Under the pieces are notes generated by a model. The model had not been told where the DNA came from. It ran no database searches and saw only the letters and a program-made list of their open reading frames with translations. Both the position numbers and the translations under genes were made by a program. Positions 1 to 7,646 of a stretch of DNA of 16,999 nucleotides are shown here, piece by piece. Numbering within the stretch: position 1 is the first letter of the stretch; every line of letters starts with the position of its first letter. Source of the stretch: a bacterium (GTDB lineage Bacteria; Zhuqueibacterota; Zhuqueibacteria; Oceanimicrobiales; Oceanimicrobiaceae). The DNA is taken from NCBI GenBank assembly GCA_046757525.1, contig JBHHYI010000092.1, positions 1 through 16,999 of the forward strand. Direction: 5' to 3'.

Positions 1-71
1 TTCTCCCTGACTTGCATGTGTTAAGCACGCCGCCAGCGTTCGTCCTGAGCCAGGATCAAACTCTTCGTTGT
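1..71 (-). rRNA. rrs: 16S rRNA gene, 5' end (continues off the left edge)
   Basis: Minus strand reads AACAACGAAGAGTTTGATCCTGGCTCAGGACGAACGCTGGCGGCGTGCTTAACACATGCAAGTC. Universal 27F site at 45-64. Mature 5' end is approximate. Confidence 0.98.
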
Positions 72-124
72 TAATCACTTAAACTCATTGACTTTTTGAT
101 GGACGACGGAGCCATGCACGCTCC

Positions 125-175
125 TTTTTTCAAAGAACCAAAAAAATTGCCCATACATTCTCTTCGAATGGGCAA
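125..175 (-). promoter_or_regulatory. rRNA leader antitermination elements (boxB-like hairpin, then boxA)
   Basis: Hairpin TTGCCCAT(147-154)/ATGGGCAA(168-175), followed on the minus strand by boxA-like GGTTCTTTGAAAA (127-139), between the promoter and 16S. Confidence 0.75.
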
Positions 176-180
176 CGCTA

Positions 181-209
181 AATATATAATATAAAAACCT
201 AAATGTCAA
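181..209 (-). promoter_or_regulatory. sigma70 promoter of the rRNA operon
   Basis: Minus strand TTGACA (209-204), 17-nt spacer, TATATT (186-181). AT-rich upstream. Confidence 0.85.
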
Positions 210-351
210 GACATTTTTTAGCGATTTTCAATCTCGCAATGTCATCTGTCGCAAAACCTAATATACAACTTTTGCTGCAAAAATCAAGAAAAACATCTGG
301 AGAAATCTTGCACTGTTGTGATCAACAGCACCAAGACGTTGTCGAATATTA

Positions 352-1599
352 TCACCGGAGCAAAACACGATGATAACGCTTTTTGCCGGCACGAAGGACC
401 AGCATCTCATTTTGCAAGCTCGATAAATCCACTGTGGCGTCAATGCTCGTAATCCGATTCTCATTGACATAAGCCCCCCCTTGTTCTATTAATCTGCGTG
501 CGCCGCTCTTGGAAGGGGCCAGGCCCACCCTCTCAAACAAATCGACCACCAACAGCCCGCCTTCAAGGTCTGCGGTTTTCAGAATCGTAGATGGGATTGC
601 GGCCATGTTATGTGCCTTACCTCCAAATGCACTCTGGGAGGCGGCTCTGGCCCTATCCGCTTCTGCCACACCATGAGCGATTTTCGTTGCCTCAAACGCA
701 AGAGCTTCTTTCGCTGTGCGCAACTCGGCCCCTTGCTTGTTGGTCAAGTCCGCGATTTCCCCCATGGGCAAAAAGGTGAAGCATGCTAAAAATCTGCGAA
801 CATCGTCGTCGTGAACGTTGATCCAATACTGATAGTACTCGTAAGGAGAAGTTTTAGCAGCATCCAGCCACAAAGCGCCAGAAGCCGTTTTCCCCATTTT
901 TTGTCCACCGCTTGTGGTGATCAATGGCCAGGTGATTCCATCGGCTTCCTTCCGTTCGACCCTGCGAATGAGATCAACACCAGCCAGGATATTGCCCCAT
1001 TGATCGTCCCCGCCCATTTGGATGGTACAATCGTAATCCCGATTGAGCATCAGAAAGTCGTAGGCCTGCAACAATTGATAATTGAACTCGAGAAACGACA
1101 AACCGGTTTTCAATCGAGCTTTGTAGGCCTCAGCAGCCAACATTCGGTTCACGCTAAAATGTCGGCCGATTTCGCGTAAGAAGTCGATGTATTTTAAATG
1201 CACCAGCCAGGTGGCGTTGTGGACAGCAATACCTCGTTCGCCGTCGATATCAATAAACTTAGCGATTTGCGACTTAATTCTCTCGGCGTTACTGGCAATC
1301 TTGTCCCGTGCCAGTATGGGACGCATCTCCGTTTTGCCGCTGGGATCGCCAACCAAGGCCGTGCCATCTCCTATGATGGCGATGGTACGATGCCCAGCGC
1401 GCTGGGTGTGCGCCAGGGCCATCAAACACAACAGGTTGCCAATGTGGAGACTTTCAGCGGTGGGATCAAAGCCAACGTAAACTGTCAGTCTTTTGTTGGA
1501 AAAATTGTGGCTTACGGATGCTTCGTTGGTAACTTGCTGAACGAAACCCCGCTCCTTAAGGACTTCGAATGCATTCATTTTCTTCTCATCCGCAACCAT
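352..1599 (-). CDS. tyrS: tyrosine--tRNA ligase
   Basis: GFDPTAESLHIGN (HIGH motif), YQLLQAYDF, QMGGDDQWGNI, KMGKT (KMSKS motif), and a C-terminal S4 domain (SKSGARRLIEQGGAYVN...RAGKK). Confidence 0.98.
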   Translation of the reverse strand: MVADEKKMNAFEVLKERGFVQQVTNEASVSHNFSNKRLTVYVGFDPTAESLHIGNLLCLMALAHTQRAGHRTIAIIGDGTALVGDPSGKTEMRPILARDKIASNAERIKSQIAKFIDIDGERGIAVHNATWLVHLKYIDFLREIGRHFSVNRMLAAEAYKARLKTGLSFLEFNYQLLQAYDFLMLNRDYDCTIQMGGDDQWGNILAGVDLIRRVERKEADGITWPLITTSGGQKMGKTASGALWLDAAKTSPYEYYQYWINVHDDDVRRFLACFTFLPMGEIADLTNKQGAELRTAKEALAFEATKIAHGVAEADRARAASQSAFGGKAHNMAAIPSTILKTADLEGGLLVVDLFERVGLAPSKSGARRLIEQGGAYVNENRITSIDATVDLSSLQNEMLVLRAGKKRYHRVLLR

Positions 1600-2058
1600 T
1601 TAAAATCTCTGTTTGTAATGAATTCGTCTTCGCAGGTCGCGTTCAGATTCCCGCTTAGCGATGTCGCGACGTTTGTCAAATAGTTTCTTGCCCCTGGCCA
1701 GCGCCAGCTCCACTTTCACCTTGCCATCTTTAAAGTACAATTTCAGCGGGATGAGGGTCAGGCCCTTTTCCTGCACTTTGCCCACCAGCTTTTTTATTTC
1801 CTTTTTGTGCAGCAGCAGTTTTCGCACACGAAGCGGATCATGGTTGTTCAAGTTGCCATGGGAGTAAGGACTGATGTGGGCATGATGCAGAAACACTTCG
1901 CTGTTTTTTACATTCGCATAGCTGTCCTTTAAATTGGCGTGACCTTCCCGCAACGATTTGACTTCTGTGCCACTAAGAACTATTCCGGCTTCCATTTTGG
2001 CGATGATCTCATATTCATGACGAGCCTTGCGATTGGTTGTAATTATCTTTTCGCTCAT
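1600..2058 (-). CDS. smpB: SsrA-binding protein SmpB
   Basis: [41 protein letters not shown]. The stop TAA directly abuts the tyrS ATG. Confidence 0.98.
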   Translation of the reverse strand: MSEKIITTNRKARHEYEIIAKMEAGIVLSGTEVKSLREGHANLKDSYANVKNSEVFLHHAHISPYSHGNLNNHDPLRVRKLLLHKKEIKKLVGKVQEKGLTLIPLKLYFKDGKVKVELALARGKKLFDKRRDIAKRESERDLRRRIHYKQRF

Positions 2059-2083
2059 ATAGTTTGCCGCTTCAAATAATTCA

Positions 2084-2158
2084 AAAATACTTTATTTAAC
2101 AACAAAAGTCAAGATGGCAGTGAAAAATCTTGACTTTGTTTCTGGTAATTATTAATTT
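2084..2158. promoter_or_regulatory. back-to-back sigma70 promoters for smpB-tyrS (-) and tRNA-Leu (+)
   Basis: Minus: TTGACT(2112-2107)-17nt-TATTTT(2089-2084). Plus: TTGACT(2130-2135)-17nt-TAATTT(2153-2158). Confidence 0.7.
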
Positions 2159-2174
2159 TATAAGTTGAATTTCT

Positions 2175-2261
2175 GCCGAAGTGGTGAAACTGGTAGACGC
2201 GCACGGTTCAGGGCCGTGTGTCCGAAAGGACGTGTGGGTTCGAATCCCACCTTCGGCACCA
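2175..2261 (+). tRNA. tRNA-Leu(CAG)
   Basis: Acceptor stem GCCGAAG/CTTCGGC, anticodon arm CACGG-TTCAGGG-CCGTG (CAG at 2209-2211), long variable arm with GAAA loop, T loop GGTTCGAATCC, encoded CCA. Confidence 0.98.
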
Positions 2262-2265
2262 GCGC

Positions 2266-2307
2266 AATAAAAATGGCCTAACAGAAATCTGAACTTCTGA
2301 TAGGCCA
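2266..2307 (-). terminator. intrinsic terminator between the convergent tRNA-Leu and FmdB-family gene
   Basis: Stem TGGCCTA.CAGAA / TTCTG.TAGGCCA (2274-2307), followed on the minus strand by TTTTTATT. Confidence 0.75.
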
Positions 2308-2310
2308 GAG

Positions 2311-2349
2311 GAGTCATCTGGAATCCAACTGATTCCAGCGTCAACCTCA
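2311..2349 (-). promoter_or_regulatory. bacterial SECIS-like hairpin after UGA 2347-2349
   Basis: Minus: TGA GGTTGACG CTGGAATC-AGTTG-GATTCCAG. Perfect 8-bp stem. The loop starts 16 nt after UGA and has G at position 2. Confidence 0.7.
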
Positions 2350-2547
2350 GGAAAAACCACTCTGAGAAGCACAGTCGGTCGTTGCAGTAGAGGCGCCGCT
2401 ATTTGTGGATGAAAACAGCGAAATAATCCTTTCCAGCTCAGGCTCACCGCATTTCTCACATTTCAGACCCGAGCAGTCCTCACCTGTTTTCTGAAAAACC
2501 TCCATGGTTTCATGGCACTTCTTGCACCGGTATTCATAGATCGGCAT
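2341..2547 (-). CDS. FmdB-family zinc ribbon protein, probable selenoprotein (68 aa ending ...CASQSGFS-U-G; 66 aa if UGA 2347-2349 is the stop)
   Basis: MPIYEYRCKKC...CEKCG...LERIISLF is the FmdB signature. GGAG RBS at 2554-2557 before ATG 2547. C-terminus is TCC TGA GGT TGA followed by the hairpin. Confidence 0.9.
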
Positions 2548-2571
2548 AACAATCTCCAAATAATTTCAATT

Positions 2572-2736
2572 TCAAGTATTTGTTGGTTTTCTTGAGGCCG
2601 CGCCTTTTTTATCTTCGTTCTGTTTCTCCGAAACAGCACAATCTCCGGTCACTCAAGGAGATCCGCCTAAATTGGGCAGCACATATTTCATCAGAACGAC
2701 ACAACCGATCAAAATCACTAAGGCCAAATATTCCAT
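2572..2736 (-). CDS. unannotated 54-aa single-pass membrane peptide with in-frame UGA (putative selenoprotein, UxxxxC)
   Basis: My translation: MEYLALVILIGCVVLMKYVLPNLGGSP-U(2653-2655)-VTGDCAVSEKQNEDKKGAASRKPTNT*. Hydrophobic N-terminus, open frame after the UGA, SECIS-like hairpin, and it ends 24 nt before the FmdB-family start. No clear SD. Confidence 0.72.
2615..2641 (-). promoter_or_regulatory. bacterial SECIS-like hairpin after UGA 2653-2655
   Basis: Minus: TTGT-G-CTGTTTC-GGA-GAAACAG-A-ACGA. Perfect 7-bp upper stem plus a 4-bp lower stem. G-first loop 23 nt after UGA. Confidence 0.68.
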
Positions 2737-2790
2737 TTCACATTGCTTTCGCTTTAAGTTTGATGTTGAGTTAACCGCGGGTCAACTCGT

Positions 2791-2806
2791 TGCAAGAACC
2801 AAGCCA
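2791..2806 (-). promoter_or_regulatory. sigma54 (-24/-12) type promoter upstream of the two small genes
   Basis: Minus strand TGGCTTGGTTCTTGCA has exact GG-N10-GC spacing. It is followed by hairpin GAGTTGACC-CGC-GGTTAACTC (2788-2768). Confidence 0.55.
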
Positions 2807-2969
2807 TCAATAAATACAATCCCTTCATTTTTTATCGTCAAGCTGCACCCCAATCATTAGTTAGTTGCAAACCCACCGAAAAAGATGCATAATTTTTCTT
2901 GATTATATACCAACAAATTGCCAAATTGGAAACGAGATGCACAGCTTTTCTAAAATCAGCTTAAGCAAA

Positions 2970-4502
2970 ATGATGAGCGATTTCAACGAATCCAACCTTT
3001 GGCCCGGTTCCAATCAACAAAAATATTCGAGTAACAAGGTCCTAAGCCTTGCGCCTGGCCTTCTGCTAATCATTTTCTTGAGTTTGCTTGACTTCTCAGC
3101 TTGCCGCCAAGAGTCAGGGAAAAGCAAGACTTCCCCAACTCATACAGACAAAGCGGCCACGGCGGAATCTGCCACGATCGACAAGAACGACTTACAGCCT
3201 TTCATAATCCAGGTGGCAGCGTTTAATAACCAAATCAACGCCGAAAAACTGACCTCTGTTCTGCACGACTCAGGTTTCCCTGTCTTCATCAGCTTAACCA
3301 GCCCGCCACAAGAGACGCTCTACCGGGTTAGAATTGGCCCCTTTAAGAATGAACGTCAAGCCCACGCCACGCTGAGCCAGCTCGAAAAACTCGGCTACAT
3401 GAGCGCTTATCTTGTCAAGGGTGCGACCCCCAGGGACCACACCAACAAAGCAGAACTCGATACCCTCCTCCAACACCAGGAAAATGCAATAAGTCAGTTG
3501 ACAACCGCGGGCCACTGCGAAGCGCCCAAATGGTCTCCCAACGGACGGGAAATTGCCTTCTTCAAACGGGAGGAAAATGCAGAGGGGATTTACAGCATCG
3601 GGACCGGCGGAGGGCAGATTTCGCAGATTGTTACCAGTACCAAGAGCCTCAAGATTGTTCCCGACTTCGCCTGGTCGCCTGAAGGGGATCGAATGGCTTT
3701 TGTGGCCATTGAAGAGGCGCCGGGCGGCGAGGACGTTCAGAACCTTTACGCCGTGAGAAAAGACGGAACCGGACTTCAAAGGCTAACCCAGCAGAATGAG
3801 TTTCCATTTGAAATCAGGAACCTCAAATGGGCACCCGACGGACAGCACATGGCCTTCAACGCCTATTATGGCAAATCTGACGCCCACTCCGACATCCTAC
3901 AAAAAGTCATACTCGTCTCATTGACTTCCGGCCAACAGAATTTGGAGCTACCCTGGGGCACGCAGTGGTGTGCCGGCTGGGATGCCGCCAACCAACTCAT
4001 CGTGCTCACAACTTACGGCAATATGAGCTATTCACACAATTACGCCTATGAAGTTTGGAGCCATGACCCCAACACTCATCAGTCACGAAAGATGTTGAGC
4101 GGGCCAGCGGTGAGAAATTGTCAAATGCTGCGGTATCTCCCCGAAACCGACGACCTCATCTACTCGGCTTTCGAACCCGTCGGGGATCCCGAAACAGGAG
4201 CTATTAAACACCAAACGACAAAAATCATCGTTCTCAATTTGCACACGGGCCAGGAACGCACTTTGTTTGAAACGCAACAACCCGGAGCTTTGCAAGCAAG
4301 CTTCTTGGTTGCAAGCGAGAAAACCCTATTTCTGTTTTACGAGAATCAAATGTTTCAGTGTGATTTAGAGGGCAACTGCACCCTGGTGCAAGAAAGACTG
4401 AGATGTAGGGAGGTCACGCTTTCACCTGATGGCAGCAAAATCTGCTTCGAACAAAATCAACAGCTTTTTATTCGGAAATTGAGGAATAAGGAAGCGGAAT
4501 AG
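2970..4502 (+). CDS. SPOR-domain / TolB-like (PD40) beta-propeller lipoprotein (start uncertain: 2937, 2970 or 2973)
   Basis: Hydrophobic segment with lipobox-like FSAC. SPOR motif FIIQVAAF...YRVRIGPF. Repeats PKWSPNGREIAF, FAWSPEGDRMAF, WAPDGQHMAF, LSPDGSKICF. Confidence 0.88.
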   Translation: MMSDFNESNLWPGSNQQKYSSNKVLSLAPGLLLIIFLSLLDFSACRQESGKSKTSPTHTDKAATAESATIDKNDLQPFIIQVAAFNNQINAEKLTSVLHDSGFPVFISLTSPPQETLYRVRIGPFKNERQAHATLSQLEKLGYMSAYLVKGATPRDHTNKAELDTLLQHQENAISQLTTAGHCEAPKWSPNGREIAFFKREENAEGIYSIGTGGGQISQIVTSTKSLKIVPDFAWSPEGDRMAFVAIEEAPGGEDVQNLYAVRKDGTGLQRLTQQNEFPFEIRNLKWAPDGQHMAFNAYYGKSDAHSDILQKVILVSLTSGQQNLELPWGTQWCAGWDAANQLIVLTTYGNMSYSHNYAYEVWSHDPNTHQSRKMLSGPAVRNCQMLRYLPETDDLIYSAFEPVGDPETGAIKHQTTKIIVLNLHTGQERTLFETQQPGALQASFLVASEKTLFLFYENQMFQCDLEGNCTLVQERLRCREVTLSPDGSKICFEQNQQLFIRKLRNKEAE

Positions 4503-4542
4503 AGTCCTTGCTATCCCGCCTTTCCATTCCTCGTGACGCTTA

Positions 4543-4692
4543 CTACTTGGACGAAAGAATCTTGTACATCCCGGTGCCGCATTTAGCACACTTCCCTTTC
4601 ATTGCCGGACGTCCGTTTTTCATTGTAACTTTTGTCGCATCCACCATTTCTGACTTGCTTCGACATTTAACACAATAAGCTGTCTCTGCCAA
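4543..4692 (-). CDS. 49-aa DUF5679-like zinc-ribbon protein (below the ORF-track cutoff)
   Basis: MAETAYCVKCRSKSEMVDATKVTMKNGRPAMKGKCAKCGTGMYKILSSK*. TTG start with a perfect SD AAGGAGGTGA (4707-4698). Two CxxC pairs. Confidence 0.92.
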   Translation of the reverse strand: MAETAYCVKCRSKSEMVDATKVTMKNGRPAMKGKCAKCGTGMYKILSSK

Positions 4693-4987
4693 ATTAATCA
4701 CCTCCTTCCCTTAACAAAATCTTCCCCTGCTCGAATTTGTGCTCAATTTCACCATTTTTCTCCTAAATGTCAAGGGAAATTTGGATAAATTACGCACTAC
4801 TCAGAATTCTATTTTTCACTCAAATGGATGGCTAAATACTAATTTTCATGGACTTAACCTGGTCAAACCGCAATTGTTGTCCTTGTATCGGCAGCAAGGG
4901 CGAACGGTTAAACGGCCATTGGTGCCCATCGTGCTAAGCAGTCCGACACGTTAAATGAACTGGCGAGCATAATTTTTGCCGCCGCCC

Positions 4988-5016
4988 TTGACATTTTGGA
5001 TTTAAATGGTTATTAT
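4988..5016 (+). promoter_or_regulatory. sigma70 promoter upstream of the radical SAM gene
   Basis: TTGACA(4988-4993)-17nt-TATTAT(5011-5016). Confidence 0.78.
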
Positions 5017-5183
5017 TAACGGCTCTTTTTGTTGCAGTTGCTTCATATTTTCTGTTTCTTATGAGGTGAGGAACAGCAACAATCAGGCAATTGATAGATC
5101 GAGTTTGATGTTACATTCAGGGCCTGTACGCAGGCATCGCTACGTGAATTAAATCACTGATCAAGTTTTTACCAAGAGGAAAC

Positions 5184-6179
5184 ATGAACGGTTTTTCCAT
5201 TCCCGTTACATATAGACGCCTTAAGCATAAAGTAGGCAGAGTGGTCTTCCCAAATTCGCCTTCCTCGAGTTCAGTACCTTTGGCGGAGTACCTGAAGTGG
5301 TTTTACTTTACCCGTTTCACACCTGGCTATCCCCTTTCCATCGACATTCAAACGAAAAGCGGATGCAACGCCCATTGCTCCTTTTGCCCTGTGGGTAAGG
5401 AAGAGAACAAGATTTACGGCACCATGAGCGACGAGCTTTTCCAGAACATCATCGACGAGGTCGTCGAATTCCCGATGTTGCGCAAGATCGACCCCTATCT
5501 CTTGAACGACCCACTCGTGGACAAAAGGATGCCCGAGCGCATCGAGTACATCGCCCGAAAAAAGGGGAAACGCAAGTATCCCAAAGTCCGCATTACCACC
5601 AACGCGGGCCTGTTGCTCGAAGAGATGGGGGACCGGCTCTTGCAGACAGAAGGCCTGGACGAAATCAATTTCAGCTTTCACTCCATTGTTCCGGAAGTCT
5701 ACGAACGCATGATGTCACCTCTCAAATTTGACCGGGTCATGGGCAATATCCTAAGATTCAAAGAGCAGTGGGATAAGTTTCCCGGCAAAAAACCAAAGCT
5801 CACCGTGTGGACCGTAAAAACGCAGCCGGTTATTGAAAACCTCCACAATGAACAGGCTTACTGGAAAAAAGTGGGTATCGGTTTCAAAGCCCGCAAATTG
5901 GACAATCGTGCCAACAAGAGCGTCGAAGATTTAGGATTGGGGGATCGAGAATTTGTGCGGGTGCCGTTCTGCGTCATCCCTTTTTGGCGCGCCTGGATCA
6001 TGTGGAACGGCGATATGATCATGTGCTGTGTGGATCAGGAACGCTCAAACCTTTTGGGCAACTGCAGCCAGCGATCGGTCCAAGAAGTTTGGAACGACCC
6101 CCATTACAGAGACCTGAGAAGAAGGTGGCGTACGAAACAATTGGACGGACTTCTGTGTGACAATTGCAAGGGTACGTGA
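5184..6179 (+). CDS. radical SAM protein with C-terminal SPASM/twitch domain
   Basis: CNAHCSFC (CxxxCxxC), ITTNA, C-terminal CVIPF...NGDMIMCC...LGN...VWN...CDNC. RBS AGAGGA. Confidence 0.93.
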   Translation: MNGFSIPVTYRRLKHKVGRVVFPNSPSSSSVPLAEYLKWFYFTRFTPGYPLSIDIQTKSGCNAHCSFCPVGKEENKIYGTMSDELFQNIIDEVVEFPMLRKIDPYLLNDPLVDKRMPERIEYIARKKGKRKYPKVRITTNAGLLLEEMGDRLLQTEGLDEINFSFHSIVPEVYERMMSPLKFDRVMGNILRFKEQWDKFPGKKPKLTVWTVKTQPVIENLHNEQAYWKKVGIGFKARKLDNRANKSVEDLGLGDREFVRVPFCVIPFWRAWIMWNGDMIMCCVDQERSNLLGNCSQRSVQEVWNDPHYRDLRRRWRTKQLDGLLCDNCKGT

Positions 6180-6228
6180 CGAACACCCCTGCATCGACTG
6201 TTGCGTGGTCGCGTCGGGCCCGACCGAT

Positions 6229-6957
6229 CTAATTGAGAAAATCGGCCATCCAGGTCAGAATCCTTTGCGCATTTTCTAAGTCCCACTGGTTGTCGATCTC
6301 CAGCCAGCGCACGCCCGAGACGTCAAAGATTTCGGGCGCCTCATCATGGTTTATTAACCACTGGAGAATGTTCTCAACCACCGCATGTTCATTCTCGGTG
6401 GCCACTTGTTGCACGGCCTGCTTGTAAATCGCAAGCTTGTGCCTGGGGACGTAGGTCAGACCGATATAGCCGGCGTCAAATTCGTGCAATCCCTTCGATA
6501 CTTTCTTGACCCTTTTGTCTTCCGTCAGCAGGATTTTCATGTCGTCTTCTCGCAGGTATCGGTCGAAATCTACAAATGCGGTAACCCTGGCAAACCGATC
6601 CTTGTGTGCCAAAAAGGCCTTTGCCAACCGCAACGGATAGATATGGTCTACGTTCAACAATAAAAACGATTGGTCAATATTGGCGAGACCCTTTTGTAGA
6701 GTCAAAATGCTGCCTTTCAAGAAATTTGCATTCTCAAGCAATTCAATGTTGCCCGGGCAGCGTTGCACAAAACTCACCAACTTGTCGTAGTAGAATCCGC
6801 CCACAATGGTTATCTTTTCACAATTCAGAGCTTCCACGAATTCTAAGGTGTAATCCAGCAAGGGGCGTCCCCGAACTTCAACCAAAGCCTTGGGCAAATC
6901 CCGCGTCAGATTCACCAATCGACTTCCGGTACCAGCGGCTAATATTAAGGCGTTCAT
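6229..6957 (-). CDS. NTP transferase (LicC/phosphocholine- or sugar-phosphate cytidylyltransferase-like)
   Basis: MNALILAAGTGSRL...PKAL, LLLNVD, WLEIDNQWDL. ATG 6957 overlaps the HAD stop (ATGA) and has an upstream GGAGG. Confidence 0.9.
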   Translation of the reverse strand: MNALILAAGTGSRLVNLTRDLPKALVEVRGRPLLDYTLEFVEALNCEKITIVGGFYYDKLVSFVQRCPGNIELLENANFLKGSILTLQKGLANIDQSFLLLNVDHIYPLRLAKAFLAHKDRFARVTAFVDFDRYLREDDMKILLTEDKRVKKVSKGLHEFDAGYIGLTYVPRHKLAIYKQAVQQVATENEHAVVENILQWLINHDEAPEIFDVSGVRWLEIDNQWDLENAQRILTWMADFLN

Positions 6958-7604
6958 AAATCCTCCAGTATTTCGAGAATTTCGTAGATTTCGTAGATCA
7001 CCGGCAAATACTCCGAGTTGCATTCCAACTTGAAATCCTCGGGATTGAAAGTTCCGACCTTGGCGATGAATTGAATGGCATTTTTGTGGGCAATCTCGGC
7101 GTCTCTGAGCGAATCCCCCACAAACAGCATTTTGTTTCTGGGCACCTTGAAATATTCAGCGATGTAATCGAAATGAGGACACCCTTTTGAAAAATGGGGC
7201 CTGAAGCCCAGAGCAAGATCCACCGGAACGTTTTCGCGATGGACAAATTCCCTGACTAAGTCGTGAAAATTGTTCGAGGAAATGACGGTGCGAAAGCCGC
7301 ACTCTTTTAGTTCGTGCAGAGTCTCCAGGGTTTTCTCAGAAACTTTTTCGTGCACGAATGCTGCGATTTTCAACTTCTCGAACCGCTGGACGATGACCTC
7401 ATTATTGTCGCCACCGGGAAACAAAATCTCCATTTGCTGAAAGAATGGAATGCCACTCGTCTCTAAGTAACGCTTTCGGCCAATTTCAAAATTCCAACCA
7501 CAATGTTTTTCAATTAGCTCCCCGGCGATATCTGCAAAACTTCCCATGGTATCGATCAGGGTTCCATCCAGGTCAAAAATGATCAAGTCAAAATTCTTGC
7601 GCAT
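6954..7604 (-). CDS. HAD-superfamily phosphatase
   Basis: Motif I FDLDGTLIDT, motif II ISSN, motif III K (SKG), motif IV FVGDSLRD. Confidence 0.93.
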   Translation of the reverse strand: MRKNFDLIIFDLDGTLIDTMGSFADIAGELIEKHCGWNFEIGRKRYLETSGIPFFQQMEILFPGGDNNEVIVQRFEKLKIAAFVHEKVSEKTLETLHELKECGFRTVISSNNFHDLVREFVHRENVPVDLALGFRPHFSKGCPHFDYIAEYFKVPRNKMLFVGDSLRDAEIAHKNAIQFIAKVGTFNPEDFKLECNSEYLPVIYEIYEILEILEDL

Positions 7605-7646
7605 CTCTGTGCCGTTGTAAACGTGAAGTCTGATTATTTGTGCGAC

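Noticed and set aside
2547..2574. The 54-aa peptide is in frame with the FmdB-family gene through two more TGA codons (2572-2574, 2566-2568), hinting at a fused multi-Sec protein
   Set aside because: No hairpin follows these UGAs, the spacer is AT-rich, and the FmdB gene has its own GGAG RBS.
4543..6179. Cys-rich 49-aa peptide as a RiPP precursor for the radical SAM/SPASM enzyme
   Set aside because: The peptide is a recognisable Zn-ribbon, divergently transcribed about 490 nt away, and the enzyme shows no evident RRE domain.
6177..6236. TGA stop of the radical SAM gene as possible Sec
   Set aside because: The domain is complete at CDNCKGT, there is no convincing SECIS-like hairpin, and read-through would run into the convergent gene.
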